64,000 nucleotides of DNA from Lingula anatina (Eukaryota; Animalia; Brachiopoda). Position numbers and translations under genes: made by a program. The stretch is from positions 20,420,534 through 20,484,533 of the forward strand of contig CM120644.1 of assembly GCA_051362555.1 (NCBI GenBank), written 5' to 3'. Positions 51,056 through 63,164 of the stretch are shown piece by piece (position 1 is the first letter of the stretch; each line of letters begins with the position of its first letter). The notes beneath the pieces are model-generated. The model searched no databases. It was given only the letters and a program-made list of their open reading frames with translations, and had not been told where the DNA came from.

Positions 51056-54000
51056 CCTGCATAATTTACCTGTATAATTATCACTGCTTCCTTATTTTTT
51101 ATCTAGCAGAGAGCTTAACCTTTGGCAGTTTACAGGGAAATATCAACAAGTGTGCTTTATGTAATCCAAGGGAAATTTATAGACTGACCCTCTCAAAGGT
51201 CTTTCAGGCCCATAAGTCACATCTTAAGAAAAGCACAAAACAATAATGCACAAAATAGGTGACTACCAATTCTGATGCAATAATACATTATGTTTAACTG
51301 CACAGTCAACATCAAATTTTAATTATGCACAACAGGTAACACCAACAAAAGTAAAAGCATAAGGCTTCAGGCCCATCAAAGTTCAAGTTTATACTTAAAA
51401 AGTGCCAGAATGAGAAAAATGAAATTTTCACACAAAATTGCATAAATTCAATAATAAATGATAACCCAATTGACCTGGCTTTCTAATTTGAACTACATGC
51501 CAATCCTAAAAATCAAACTTGTAAGTTAAAAATAATAATAAGTTACACAGTTTTCTTTTCATAATGTTTGCAGTAGCAGTGCAAAAAAATTGTTGTCAAT
51601 TTTGATGTACCATTACATAATAAATTACAGAATAATTATCACCAATTTTTGATTATTGACTATAAATAGTATGGACATGTAGAAAATTTGATTACCATTC
51701 GACTTCATGTCTATGGGAGCTCCGAGTCCCACAATGAATATGCCAAAGAGATAATAAATATTTCACTCAAATGTATAACTTCCAGAAAAAGAAGCCAATA
51801 AGACTGCTTTTCCAACTCAGGCTGCATTTTAGTCCAGTGTTCCTTTTTTAAAGGTTTGACAGTCATAAGTAACACGGTTTTCCCATAATGGTCATCATGG
51901 CAGCAGCACCAAAAATTGTGTTTTCTTCTATTTTGATGCAACATTACATAATGCTTAACAGCATAATGACCATCAATTTGTAATAATAGAATATTAGTAA
52001 CATGGACATTCAGAAAATGTGACAAGCAAAGGTCTTGTCACACCTTGAAAATGCCAATAAGTGAAAAATTAAATTATCACAAAAAACTGTTTAATTGCCA
52101 GAAAAAATTACCAAACAGACTGCATTGTATTTTAGACCTATGTTTCTTTCCTGTAAGTTTGAGAACAGTAAGTGACATGATTTTCCTTAAATGGTCATCA
52201 TGGGAGCAGTGCCCAAAATAGGGGTTTCTTCAAATTTTGATGCAACATTACATAATGTTTAACAGCATGATGACCATCAATTTTTAATAATAGAATATTA
52301 TTAACATGGACATTTAGAAAACGTGACAAGCAAAGGTCTTCAGGATCATGGAACTTCAAAGTCACACCTTGAAAATGCCAATATGTGAAAAATTAAATTT
52401 TCACAAAAAACTGTTTAACTGCCAGAAAAAATTACCAAACAGACTGCATTGCCTACTGGAGCTGTATTTTAGTCCCATGTTTCTTTCCTGTAAGTTTGAG
52501 AACAGTAAGTGACATGATTTTCTTTAAATGGTCATCATGGGAGCAGTGCCCAAAATAGGGGTTTCTTCAAATTTTGATGTAATATTACATAATGTTTAAC
52601 AGCATAATGACCATCAATTTTTAATCATAAAATATTAGTATCATGGATATTCAGAAAATGTGACTAGCAAAGGTCTGTAGGCTCGTGGAACTTCAAAGTC
52701 ACATCTTAAAAATGCCAAAATGTAAACAAGACAGCACATTTCTGAAATGGGTTTATTTCTATTTTTAACACTTTTTTAACAAAAAGCAAAATAAACAGTT
52801 TACTGCCATTTTTATATGACCAACTAAGAAAATTGATGAGATGGGAAAAATATCAATAGAACAGTGTTAAATGTCCAATTCCCTCCATTCTGAGATAATG
52901 AATATAGTAGATGATTGAATCTGACAAAATGCAATGATATTTGTTTATTTCCATTTTTGACACTTTATAACATAATACACAATAACAAGTTTACCATCAT
53001 TTTTACATAATCAACTAACAATGTTATTAAGATGCAGGAAATGTCAAACAAACACTTTTACGTATCTTATTAGTTCAATAATGAGACTGTTAACATGCCT
53101 AACAATTGAATCTGAGGAAATGTGAAAAAACAGCATAACTTCTAAAATAATGGCCCAATTATGCTGATTTTTGAACTCAACCTGCGTTTTAGTTAGTTTG
53201 ACTACTCCTGTGAGTATAATGACAATTGGCCTATCTGTTTTTCTTATATTGTGTTATTAGCGTTGCATATATGTTGAAAGAAGTGAAAAAACAGCATAAC
53301 TTCCCTAAAAATGGCCCGATCATGCTGATTTTCGAACTTTACCTGTATATTATGAATATTCATCAGTTCTGTAAGTTTCAAGCCAAAAGGTAAAATGGTT
53401 TTCCACTTATCGTGTTATCGGTGCTGCATATATGCTGAAAAAAGTGAAAAAACAGCATAAATTCCCTATAAGTGACCCAATAATGCTGATTTTCGAACTT
53501 GACCTGCGTATTATGAATATTCATCAGTTCTGTACGTTTCAAGCCAAAAGGTAAAACTGTTTTCCACTTATCTTGTTATCGGTGCTGCATATATGCTGAA
53601 AAAAGTGAATAAACAGAATAAATTCCCTATTAGTGACCCGATCATGCTGATTTTCGAACTTGACCTGCTTATTACAAATATTCATCAGTTCTGTAAGTTT
53701 CAAGCCAAAAGAAAAAACAGTTTTCCACTTATCGTGTTATCAGTAAAAGTGCACGGCGACGACGGCGACGGCGACGACAGACGCAGATGACGGCTATATG
53801 TACAGACACATCTGTGTCTGTACATAAAAAGCAAATAAAAAATAAAATAAAATAAAAAATAAAAATAAAAACAGCATAACTTTTGAAGTTATGGCCCAAT
53901 CATGCTGCTTTTGAACTCAACCTGCATATTATGAATATTCATCAATTCTGTAAGTTTAATGCCAAAAGGTAAAATGGTTTTCTATTTATTGTGTTATCAG

Positions 54001-57000
54001 TGAAAGTGCATGGCGACGGCAATGACGGCGACAGCGACGACAGACACAGGTGATGGCTATACGTAAAGACACATCTGTGTCTGTACATAAAAGGCTCTTA
54101 TTTATTTTTTCAAAAGATACATGTCTGTCTTTTACAGTTACACTTAGGGAATTAATTCAGCATCGGCCAATTATCCCAGCTTAGAGTCAATAAATGCCTG
54201 AGGTGACCACACCCAAAGTCAATATTTATAAAGTATGAAATGATACAATGGTTGAATTAACTTTATTACTTTGCAGCATTAATGATTTAAACTCCAAATT
54301 TCACTCACAAGTGTACCTTGGAAGAAGTATTTCACAATGGCCCATACAGTTGCCTTGTAGACCTCTGGATGTACTATAGAGTTCAGTATCTTTCTCTTAT
54401 GTGCATCTGAAAGGTGTATTTTCTTCTTAAAAACTAAGGGAGAATTCACAGCAAGAAGAGCTGAGGTCTAGTTAGGCCGTGACCTAAATATGGCGGACCT
54501 ACATGAAAGGAAGATCGCTAATCCTGTTAATCATCCCCACGAGTCATCTTTGCAGGGGCACAGTAATTAAATCTCGGCTCAATTCAACCAGTCCAGGGTC
54601 AACGTGTGCGGAGGCGTGTGAGAGACGAGAGACCATTACAGGATTAGCAGTCTTCCTTTCATGTAGGTCTGCCATATTTAGGTCGTGGCCTTACTAGACC
54701 TCGGCTCTTCTCAATGTGAATGCTCCCTAAAACAGATAGAAGATATAATGAAATAATACATTTTTATCAATACATGTAACAAAAAGTGATAATAATGGTC
54801 TATTCAGCTAATATATATTCAACATACATGTCACATATATTGGACACTGGTTTCTGTCAGAGCTCTTGAAGGTAAATTATAAAATCACATAAAGCTTTAA
54901 GGTGTAAATATTTTTTAAATTACAAATTACAATTAAAACAAGAAACAGTTGAAAGATAAAAAGTTATTTGAAACCTCTATCTGCCTTCTAAAAGTTGAAA
55001 TAAGTTTCTTTATACTTAATAAAATTTTTAACAATCTAGTAGTAAAGGGTGACAAGTCACCTGCTATCTTCTAGCTTCCCTTTAATTGTACAGTGAATGC
55101 CCTGAACTAATGATATATATCATCACCAATAATCTTGCTTCAAAATCATTACTTCAGCTATAATGATGTATCTGTGTAATTTTTTCGAGTACTAGTAAAT
55201 TATAGTATACCTGAAAATACAATTTGTCCAAGTAAATCTCTGTTGAGCTGCCCATTTGGATGGAAAACTTCCAAGCCAAACTGTTTGCATATTTTTTTGG
55301 CACCAAGTGTTCCTGGTCTGACCACTATATGTAAATATAAATAAAAAATAATATACTATTATGCCTCACCCTTTGGATTTGGCATCTGTGTATATTATAC
55401 ATATATACAAAACTTGAAAATACTAAGTTACATGCTTATTCTCACAGCCCAGGTTCAATCAGCCTGCAACTAGACAGACAAACCTGAAGCCTTTTGAATT
55501 GAGGAAAATTTTGCCAGAAATGGTGGAATATCTCGGCTATAAAGGTGCTAAGAGAAATGAGAAATTTAAATTCAAATCAGATGTGAAATGCCCTTCAGGT
55601 TAATCTAGAACCTTTTTTGTGTTAACAAGTACCACAGATGTTCAATGCACAGATATATTAGGTTATTTAGTCAATTTTGATGCAATTTAACATGATGCTG
55701 AGCACAAATCAACAACAATTTTTAACAGCAAAATAAAAAAAAAAATTTCACAACAGGTAACATTATCATTAACTTCATAGGCCCATCAGGCTCATGAGAG
55801 TTCAAATTCACTCACTGAAAATCTCAATACATGAATCTTAAAAATGAACATTAAAAATGTATTACTTCAAGAAAAAGAAATTAACCAGGCTGTTTTTCCA
55901 ACTTAAGCTGTATTTAAGTCCTAAGAATCACTCTTGCAAGTATGAGCAAATTAAGTAATACAGTTTCCATTATACTGCCTATGGTGGCAGTGCACAAAAT
56001 AGGATTTTTGTCAATTTTCATGCAATATTAAGTAATGCTTAACAAATTTTTTATTATGCACAAAAGGTAATAGAATTAGTTGCTATGCTCATTAACCATA
56101 TTTGGAATTAAAAAAAAAAATGAAATTAGTCTACCAACCATATTCATTTACAGTTGCTGCTTGTTAACCAACTTATACATTTTGTTTAGCCTAAGGCTAC
56201 AAAGATCCCCTGTATGTAGCCTGAATTTTCTAGGGCCTCAAAAACATTCATCATATCTACATAAATATAAAGGTGCTCTGCCTGCGCCAGTGATCTTTAT
56301 TATTAGTTTTAATACCGTTTTCAAACATGGCCCAACTCTTTATCAACAATAGGTCCATAATAATACCCTTTCTTTTGACTTGCTAAACTTGGCTGGGTGT
56401 TACATCATGGTGATGCAAAACAAAGGATTACTGCTGTTCATTACTGGGTTCTTTATAACAATCTCGTCACAAGCTGGCAGTACACACCATCAGATTTGTT
56501 ATCTATTCCACCCTATTGAAGGATTTATGATGTTACGTTTAGGCTGTTATTTATTTCTCATTCTAGATTTTTTTTATAAAATCTAAAATCTAAAAGAAAA
56601 CCCATAATTACCTTAATTATAACTGTTATAAAAACCATAATTACAGTGCAATTTATTTGTTTAGTGGTTCCTAGAAACCCCCCAAAGACAGTGTAAATTG
56701 TAAAACCTCACATTTTCGTGAAGACAATCACAACAATTTATTGCTTAAACACCACTTTTTCACTTCTTAATAATTCAATGGATTATGCAGTGCATGAAGA
56801 AAAGACAATGGTGTGTTATTTATCTTAGTTTAAAACAAACTTTGAGTAAAACAGATACATAAATAAAGAGTGTGTTATCTGTGCAATGTTACCAGTGTTG
56901 AAGAATGAATTGAAATATACAAACATTTCTCAAAAATCAAAAAGCCAAGTCTGATGTGAAGGATGAACTACATGGGCATCCTTGGGGGGGGGGGGAAGGG

Positions 57001-57820
57001 GTCAGTGGGGTCACTTGACCCCCCTGGAATTTTGGCAGGCACATCAATTGCGGGTATCCACCCAATCATTACCTACCCCTTCAATGACTTTGACCCCCCC
57101 CCCCCCCCCCCCCCCGGAAAATGTTCTGCAGAAGCCCATGATCAACTGTGTTCAAAGTTACAAAGCAGACAAATGTTTGTTTTTGTTTCCTTATTTTTCC
57201 ACAATATTTTGAATAAAATGTCACTTTTGGGTCCCAAGGGTGGTGCACTTTGGAAAAAGAAAGGTTTTATTGTACTGATGAGCAACTTTACACATGATTC
57301 AGTGGGATTGCTTACCTGAAGTGGGAGTCAGAAGTCTTCTGCTAGATGCCTACTGAGTAGCTTCTGAGAGTTACATGTATGGGTGTGGCACTTTTGACCA
57401 AAGCCAAAGGAATCCGTGCTTTGGGGGAGAAACAATGTGGGGGTGAACGGGAGCACAGGTTCGGGGAGTATTGGTGGCGGGTAGTACTGATGTGGGGAGT
57501 ATTGGTGCCAGGGAGTACTGGTGCGGGGACGTACGGTACATCATGTACCAGAACAGGGATGTAACCCGACTATATACACATGCACAGATACATTGCCCAT
57601 TGCATAAAAAGAAAACGAACGTCGCATGATCCTGCGGAATTAGGGTGCGAACTTACTTAAGTTTTTTTTGTATGACTTTAATAACCTGATACTTGAAAAT
57701 GTTATTACCTTGTCTAGATAACTTGTCAGCATCAATAACAGGAATACCAAGGTCGGCAAACATCTTGGAGACCGTACTTTTACCTGTGGCGATTCCACCC
57801 GTCAAACCGACAAGAAACAT
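40098..57820 (-). CDS. DCAKD: Dephospho-CoA kinase domain-containing protein, 231 aa
   Basis: Exons 57820-57709, 55324-55211, 54406-54317, 45824-45737 and 40389-40098 total 696 nt, GT-AG, in frame. Motifs: P-loop [93 protein letters not shown], and a hydrophobic C-terminal anchor. Confidence 0.95.
40937..41366. mobile_element. Family D MITE dimer with outer TIRs (Harbinger-like TWA flanks)
   Basis: TAA-GGACCATTCCCAGACCCT...AGGGTATGGGAATGGTTCC-TTA enclosing two family D cores. Confidence 0.7.
42192..43778 (+). mobile_element. Helentron/HINE family A, copy 2
   Basis: 5' TTTTTATTGTACCACCAGCGTTAGCGCTGGCGGTAC; 3' GCTGGTGGTACAATATTCGGAGGCGGTATAGCCTCTCTGATCCTCTAGTTT. Reverse-complement homologue of 2101-4130 with fewer internal tandem units. 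Confidence 0.9.
44258..44791. mobile_element. MITE with ~145-bp TIRs and 3-bp flanking duplication (Harbinger-like)
   Basis: GAGCGGATTCTCAACGAATTAAGCCAGGC / GCCTGGCTTAATTCGTTGAGAATGCGCTC, TTT on both sides; related to 54438-54727. Confidence 0.85.
45120..45428. mobile_element. Family D MITE, degenerate, with an internal ~40-bp tandem triplication
   Basis: GCTAAATTGC / GCAATTAAGCGAGAATCCCC core; right end GGGTCTGGGAATGGCC; AACGGTAGTTAATTA occurs three times. Confidence 0.6.
45469..45561. repeat. ~93-nt hairpin with central CACGAGTG-cgtag-CACGAGTG
   Basis: Arms GTCAACGAGGGTTATGTGGCATTCAC / GTGGATGTCACATAACCCTCGCTGAC. Confidence 0.8.
46169..46744 (+). other. Candidate three-exon small ORF (72 aa) antisense within DCAKD intron 3, or a decayed gene fragment
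   Basis: Exons 46169-46296, 46395-46463 and 46723-46744. Donors CAG|GTAAGG and TGT|GTAAGT, acceptors TTTTTTCTAAG| and TTTTTTCTAG|, AATAAA at 46789-46794. No recognised homology. Confidence 0.35.
46827..47189 (-). mobile_element. tRNA-derived SINE with conserved central domain and (TTA)n tail
   Basis: On the minus strand: A box TGGCCTTGTGG (47178-47168), B box GGTTCAAAACC (47134-47124), Meta-domain-like GGTACCTGCTGTCTCCCCGCTTGGCACTCAGCACTAAGGG, then AATAAA and ~8 TTA repeats. Confidence 0.85.
47400..48693. repeat. ~22-bp G/T-rich minisatellite (AGGAGGTATGCAGGTAGTGTGY)n, ~1.3 kb, intronic
   Basis: Direct reading; 20- and 22-bp variants; accounts for the spurious 424- and 435-aa ORFs. Confidence 0.95.
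48741..49359 (-). mobile_element. HINE family B short copy with both ends
   Basis: 3' end (minus) TGTCTGTACAT-TT-GACAGC-TTT-GCTGCC-TTGTTT at 48773-48741; degenerate 5' end TTTTAATGTACAGA..CATATAGCCATCATCTGC at 49359-49310. Confidence 0.65.
50735..50951 (-). mobile_element. Short Helentron/HINE, family C, nested in family B
   Basis: ACTAGAAAA-GCACTCT-G-AGAGTGC-AGACCTCTGCCAAGG at the left end and ATAACCTCCTAGGCAGAG..GAGGTAA at the right; absent from the homologous B segment at ~17190-17260. Confidence 0.7.
50999..51051. repeat. (AT)n microsatellite
   Basis: Direct reading. Confidence 0.97.
54438..54727. mobile_element. Tourist/PIF-Harbinger-like MITE with TAA TSD
   Basis: TAA-GGGAGAATTCACA...TGTGAATGCTCCC-TAA; arms share GACCTAAATATGGCGGAC.TACATGAAAG with 44258-44791; lies ~30 nt from the DCAKD exon 3 acceptor. 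Confidence 0.85.
56971..57139. mobile_element. Degenerate poly-G/poly-C MITE (CATGGGC...GCCCATG)
   Basis: Short TIR CATGGGC / GCCCATG with G and C tracts; no TSD found. Confidence 0.5.
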
Positions 57821-59715
57821 GGTTATTTTCCTTGAAGTAATGCACGTTTGTCTGCAAAATTATTTAAAATAGCTTTCATTAATTCTCGAGAAGCAGATCA
57901 AATAAAGATAAAAATTATTTGCACCGACTTACTATCGTCTGTTTATGTAAATGAGCAACGTGATAGCTGTCGATGTGAAACTTATACTGGTATCAAGACA
58001 GGCGGATACTTCAGCTTGTGTCATACAACTACATACGTGTTACTCGCTTGTAATGTCAAAAATAATGGATTATTCTGAATGAACTATTATAAATTTGTAA
58101 AAAGTCCTTAAATGTCATCATTTAACATCATTTAACCCCACCTGCATAGCATAGCTGTAAAATCCTAAATTAATCAATGATAGCAAAAAATTATTTTTTT
58201 TCACATAGGCTGTTCATCAGGTTTTATTATTTTTGCTTCTTTTCAAACTGACCAAATGCCCAGTAAAGTTAAAAATGTGCTAGGAGTGCAACACCATATA
58301 TAAAACAATTGTAACTTATGTGAGAGCTATAATCTTGCACTCGTGCTAAAAATGAAGGATGACGATTTCAAAAAGTTCAAACTATGACAAGATGTAACTA
58401 ACAGCAAGCTAATTGGTGTTATATGAAAAGTTCATGTTCTACCTCCAAGTTACAGTATATTTGGGGATTTTGTATTTGCTTGGGTTCCTTCAGCTGTTCA
58501 ATTACAAATATGGTAAATTATTGCTATTTTATAGTGAAAAGTAAAAACCATGTTCGAAAAAGTATGGGGATTTGGAAAGAACAGCAGAATTCCACCAAAA
58601 CAATGCTGTATCATCGGGAATTCAATCCAAAAGCCATTATCTCGTGTAGCTGCGGTTAAAGTTGGTGTCTTTCTTAAAGTTCTGGAGAAAATCACCAACG
58701 ATGTACTGTACAAAAAGTTCGTCCTTTTCCTCTATGCACGCTTCAGATGTCCAGATTTGGGGGGTTTAAATGTTGGGACACGGTTTTTGTCGAAATAAAG
58801 TAAAGAAGAACACAAAGAATAGTGTCATTTTATGAATCTATTCTTATATCCCACACGGGACGAAGAGCACTGATGATGATGATTCTTATATCAGTCAATC
58901 CCCGTTAGGTTTTAAGATCCCCAATTATGTAAAAAATAATCCCACCCCACAAACAGCAAGTGTTTCTTGTTTTCAGATGAAGGTAGAGAAAATGCTTACT
59001 GTATCAAATTGATAAAAGGTATATCAATGTATTATACAGTATATAATTATGAAGGCAAGGAATGGGACAATTGATGTAATAAATACATGACAATTAGTTA
59101 AGGGTCATTAATAATGGGTCAAAAATTGATAATGGGTCACAAGAAGTCATATTTTATGTAATTTTCAAAAACTAAAAGCAAAAAATTGTTTTAAAAAAAT
59201 TTTAGAATAAGAAATTGATATTTGGTGAATGCTGTTGTCTAATGCTTATGAAAAAAAAATTGAAGCATCAGGTGTCTTATTTCAGAAAATTATGTATTTG
59301 GTGAATAATTTGTAAACATGCTTTAAATGATATCGGCATCAGACGCAAACAAATGCATAACATTAATGACTCAATATGAAGATATTAGCAATTATCTGGT
59401 ATTAAACTCTGCAATTTCCAGTTATTAAGGGCTCATTCCCAATGAATCTATGCATGGGTATACTTACTACATGTAGATCGATCCAACTTCGCGGGGATTA
59501 ACACGCGTTGAATAGAATACAGAAATTTGGTGAGTACGTTGAAAACAAGTTAATCTGTTCAACGGATTGTATTCAGCTTTAGTCCCCGATGAGTTGAGTC
59601 GATGTATGTAGACCGATAGTTTCAAGATATGCATGTACCGCGTCACTTAAGGCTAGTAAGTTGGTTATAAAAAGAGATATCCTAACAGAGCTAGGGGAGA
59701 TAAGATTTAAGGAAT

Positions 59716-59920
59716 CACCCTTGGTAAAAAACCTGCCCTGTTGCATTTGCAGCGAATTTGCTGCAATATTACTGCAAACTGCAATGCCTTCTTGTAAATT
59801 TGCTGCAATATTGCTGCAAATTAGCAGCAATAAGTTTTTTCTTGAAAACTCCTGTCAACGCGTTGCCGCAAACTTAAAGTTTGCAGCAATATTGCTGCAA
59901 GCTTTTTATTTTGCTTATGA
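59716..59920. repeat. Patch of TTGCTGCAA / TTGCAGCAA repeats, probable DNA-transposon remnant
   Basis: Repeated TTTGCTGCAATATTGCTGCAA motifs in both orientations after CACCCTTGGTAAAAAA. Confidence 0.45.
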
Positions 59921-61075
59921 CAAGAAGACTGACGAGAGTTCCGGTGTCATGTACCAGGAAGTCCCTCATGACAGCGAGTCCGCCAGACCCTCAGTTTTAA
60001 AATACACGTACCAGGTCCGCCGGAAATATATGGCTGGACTCTGTGTTGTTTGAACCGGGAGGTTGGAGACTTCACATCACGATGTAATTACCCAGTGTCA
60101 ACATATCACTGGTTATTATGTTAATTTTTTCTGAGTTACCGAGCGGAAGTCTAACACAAACCTTTGGATCTTTGGATTGCTTTTTTTGTGCTAAGTAAGT
60201 TAAAAAGTAATGTCCCATTCCGGGCCCAAGCTTGAAGTAAACTTTACTAAATTTCTAGAAGAGACATTGGTCACATAATATTATGTGTAAAAGGTTCATA
60301 ACACGTAGGCTGACTAACGCCACAGTGGCGTGCACTGTGGCAGTTGAACTCGCTGTTGAACAAATATCTTAATGATAAATCATATTTGCCTCCAATACGC
60401 AAATCAGAAGTTCACTTCTGTGGCCTCCACAACATACAACGATAAGCAAAGAGGCTTGTTACTATGGCTACAATTGTTTTGTTGAAGAAAGACGGCCCAA
60501 GGCTTAGATTGATGGGTATTAGTCTGCCCTCAGATGTAGAGCATATACAGAATATGGTAGGTGTTTCTGTAGTGAAAACAAAGTAAGAGTTGCAGTTGCT
60601 GTGGGCTCCATACATTATTGCAATTTCATATATATTGAGATGTGGACAGTTCTTTTTGTCATTTATGTAGCAGCTGATACACCTTGTTAAATGCGAGGCG
60701 TCTTCAGAAGAATGAGAGGCTTACATTGGACTTAAGAGTAGAGTACACCAATATACACGAAGCACAGCACCGAAACCATGCTCCACATCTCTCCGCGGGA
60801 CATGTTTGGGTGATAGTTTTTGGTAAGATTGTACATGATCTGCCTATTCTGTATGTAAACTTTTTATGCAGAAGCAAGACTGCCAATGTCTTCATGTACT
60901 TGCACATACGGCTTAACTGAACAAGTTAGGAGGTACGCTTAATTTTATGTCTCTAACAGAAAGGTGTTGGAAGGCAGCAGAAAAGCAATACATTGACAAT
61001 CATTCTTAAATTGAAGCAAAAATAATTTGTTATCAACGGACTGAAAAAATCACCTGCGTAGATAATGCCTACAGC

Positions 61076-62800
61076 ATGCCTGTCGACCGTCCCTCCACAC
61101 CGTGGCACACTGGGGGGAGTGCCGTGCTCGTGAACGGAAACCTTGATGGGCTGATTCTTAATCTAACCACTACAATGGCTAACTGGACATTAACCGTTCC
61201 TGAAAAGGACAACGCAACCACCGCTCCGTACAAGTGTGAATACTGTATGGTACCGACAGTGATGTTTATGGTTACAATGATGATAATGGGCACTGTCGGC
61301 AACCTTTTGGTAGTTGTTGTTTTTTGTTGTAAGAAACACCGAACCACGGCAAATATTTATATGTTAACATTAGGAGTACTGGATCTGACTGCTTGCCTTG
61401 TACTGCATCCATACATAATAGCCAAGAACCTCCAGGGCTATCATCAGACCAACGTACCGCTCTGTAAGACCTTTGAGTATTTCATCCACGTCATCATGGC
61501 CGTTCAAGGCACTGTGTTGCTCTCTGTGGGCGTTGACCGCTACTACGCAGTGCGGAAACCGCTAAAATTCGCCAACGCTTTTCGGAGAACTCGTAAAATG
61601 ATTACGGCATGCGTTGTTTTTGGCGTGAACTTCAGCTTGCCTTTACTCGAGTTTTACGGTGTCCATACGGTCTTGTTGGTAGTGCATTCAAAGGAATACT
61701 ACGCGGAATTGTGTGATTACAGTGACGTCTATCAGGGTTCATTAATTATGACCATCTTTGGTGGAATTGAATTTGTTATGTTTACTACATGCTTTGTAAT
61801 AAGTTCTGTTTTATACATCATCATTGGAAAAACAGTAATGAAACACAGAAAACTTGTCAGTAAAATACGTCTGTTTGACTATGACCCACCTAGCAGCGAA
61901 TTTTCATGTCATGTAGTAGAAAAAGAATCACCGATGAAGAAACACAAGCCCCGCTCTCGGTCTCGGCAATTTTCCCAACCCTTTCTTCTGAGAAAACACC
62001 AAGAGCATTCGAGTGAAACTTTAAGAGCGACCGGCAGTCTTAATACAAGCCTATCTGATTTTCAACAAGACTCACATACTCCATTAACACCTGTAGGGCA
62101 CGTAAAAATGTCTAGTGAAGACGCCAAGCGGAAAAACGCGCGAGTTCGCGCCTCGAGCTTATCGGTGACGTTCGTAAATTCTTCGGCAAGCGCGCGATTT
62201 CAGTGCATTAATAGGGGGCGAAGACGCACGTGGTCTGTAGACAAAATGTGCAAGGATTCTTTCAAGGAATATAAACCTGAAAATCGCGAGACTTATTCGA
62301 TGGTGCAGTTTTCTTGCATTGAGCCTTTAGAGGAAATCAAGCGGCTGCCCACGCACATGACAAAAGAACCCAGCCTCACAAGCCTAAGTAGCTCCAGAAA
62401 CAATGAGAGCAATGGCAAAAATGCTTCAATACTGCGGAAACATAAAAATGTGGCCGGGTGCTTTAAACGAATACGTTCTGACTCGTTAGCAGTACCACAA
62501 ATGAGGACAAAACCCATCGGACCAAGGGGGGCCAAGATGCTCCTTATTGTGATGGTAGTATTCATTTCTTCCTGGATTCCCTTCTGGGTAATAAAGTTTG
62601 CTGAAATGTTTTCACCTGACTTTGCCCATGATGGGCGGCACTGGATGCGGGCCCTGCAGCAACTGTGTTCACATTTCATTTACTTTAACAATGCCGTCAA
62701 CCCAGTGCTGTATACTTTTATTCACGTGCGTTTTCGTTACGACTGTCACAGTTTCTTCCGGCGGTTGCAGAGAAATTTTAAAACGTCCAATGATATATAG
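61076..62800 (+). CDS. Class A (rhodopsin-like) GPCR, peptide-receptor-like orphan, intronless CDS, 574 aa
   Basis: TM1 GTVGNLLV, TM2 NIYMLTLGVLDL, TM3 VDRYYAVRKPL, TM5 Y, TM6 KMLLIVMVVFISSWIPFW, TM7 NNAVNPVLY, helix 8 RFR; N-glycosylation sequons in the N-terminus; third intracellular loop of roughly 230 aa. Confidence 0.93.
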   Translation: MPVDRPSTPWHTGGSAVLVNGNLDGLILNLTTTMANWTLTVPEKDNATTAPYKCEYCMVPTVMFMVTMMIMGTVGNLLVVVVFCCKKHRTTANIYMLTLGVLDLTACLVLHPYIIAKNLQGYHQTNVPLCKTFEYFIHVIMAVQGTVLLSVGVDRYYAVRKPLKFANAFRRTRKMITACVVFGVNFSLPLLEFYGVHTVLLVVHSKEYYAELCDYSDVYQGSLIMTIFGGIEFVMFTTCFVISSVLYIIIGKTVMKHRKLVSKIRLFDYDPPSSEFSCHVVEKESPMKKHKPRSRSRQFSQPFLLRKHQEHSSETLRATGSLNTSLSDFQQDSHTPLTPVGHVKMSSEDAKRKNARVRASSLSVTFVNSSASARFQCINRGRRRTWSVDKMCKDSFKEYKPENRETYSMVQFSCIEPLEEIKRLPTHMTKEPSLTSLSSSRNNESNGKNASILRKHKNVAGCFKRIRSDSLAVPQMRTKPIGPRGAKMLLIVMVVFISSWIPFWVIKFAEMFSPDFAHDGRHWMRALQQLCSHFIYFNNAVNPVLYTFIHVRFRYDCHSFFRRLQRNFKTSNDI

Positions 62801-62937
62801 ACTGTAGATAGCCACATATAGTAAAATAGCTGTTTTAAATTCAGATAGCTACTGGGCGTCATACTGAACAATTATCAACCAAACAACAGGGCCTTTTTCT
62901 CGGAAGAATTTCAGCTTAAAAGTTTATTATGACTTGA

Positions 62938-62940
<3 letters not shown>

Positions 62941-63001
<61 letters not shown>
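62941..63001. repeat. (AT)n microsatellite downstream of the GPCR stop
   Basis: Direct reading. Confidence 0.97.
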
Positions 63002-63006
<5 letters not shown>

Positions 63007-63164
63007 GGTCTACTTAAATTGAGGATGAATATATATTAACTTTCTACAATATTATTAGCTTCTAATATTCACGGCCTTTTTAGTAGATACCAAATTTTGA
63101 TTTTTTTTGTGTGTGAAATCAGCCAATCAGCGTAGGTCCTTGACAAAGCCTGCAGTCCACAATA

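Larger units (their letters stand above)
49500..54093 (-). mobile_element. HINE family B nest: complete copy 50167-53830 inserted into an older copy (54093-53831 continuing 50166-~49500)
   Basis: 5' hairpin ends at 53830 and 54093; 3' end AAACAAGGCAGCAAAGCTGTCAAATGTACAGACA at 50167. The flanks of the inner copy rejoin into one internal repeat unit (CATATGCTT|AAAAAGCAAA..AAACAGCATAAC). Confidence 0.75.

Noticed and set aside
58960-58990. 6-nt microexon ATGAAG between TTTCAG and GTAGAG
   Set aside because: Weak donor and no gene context; expected by chance in AT-rich DNA.
62293-62679. 128-aa antisense ORF within the GPCR
   Set aside because: Shadow ORF of a GC-richer coding region; no independent support.
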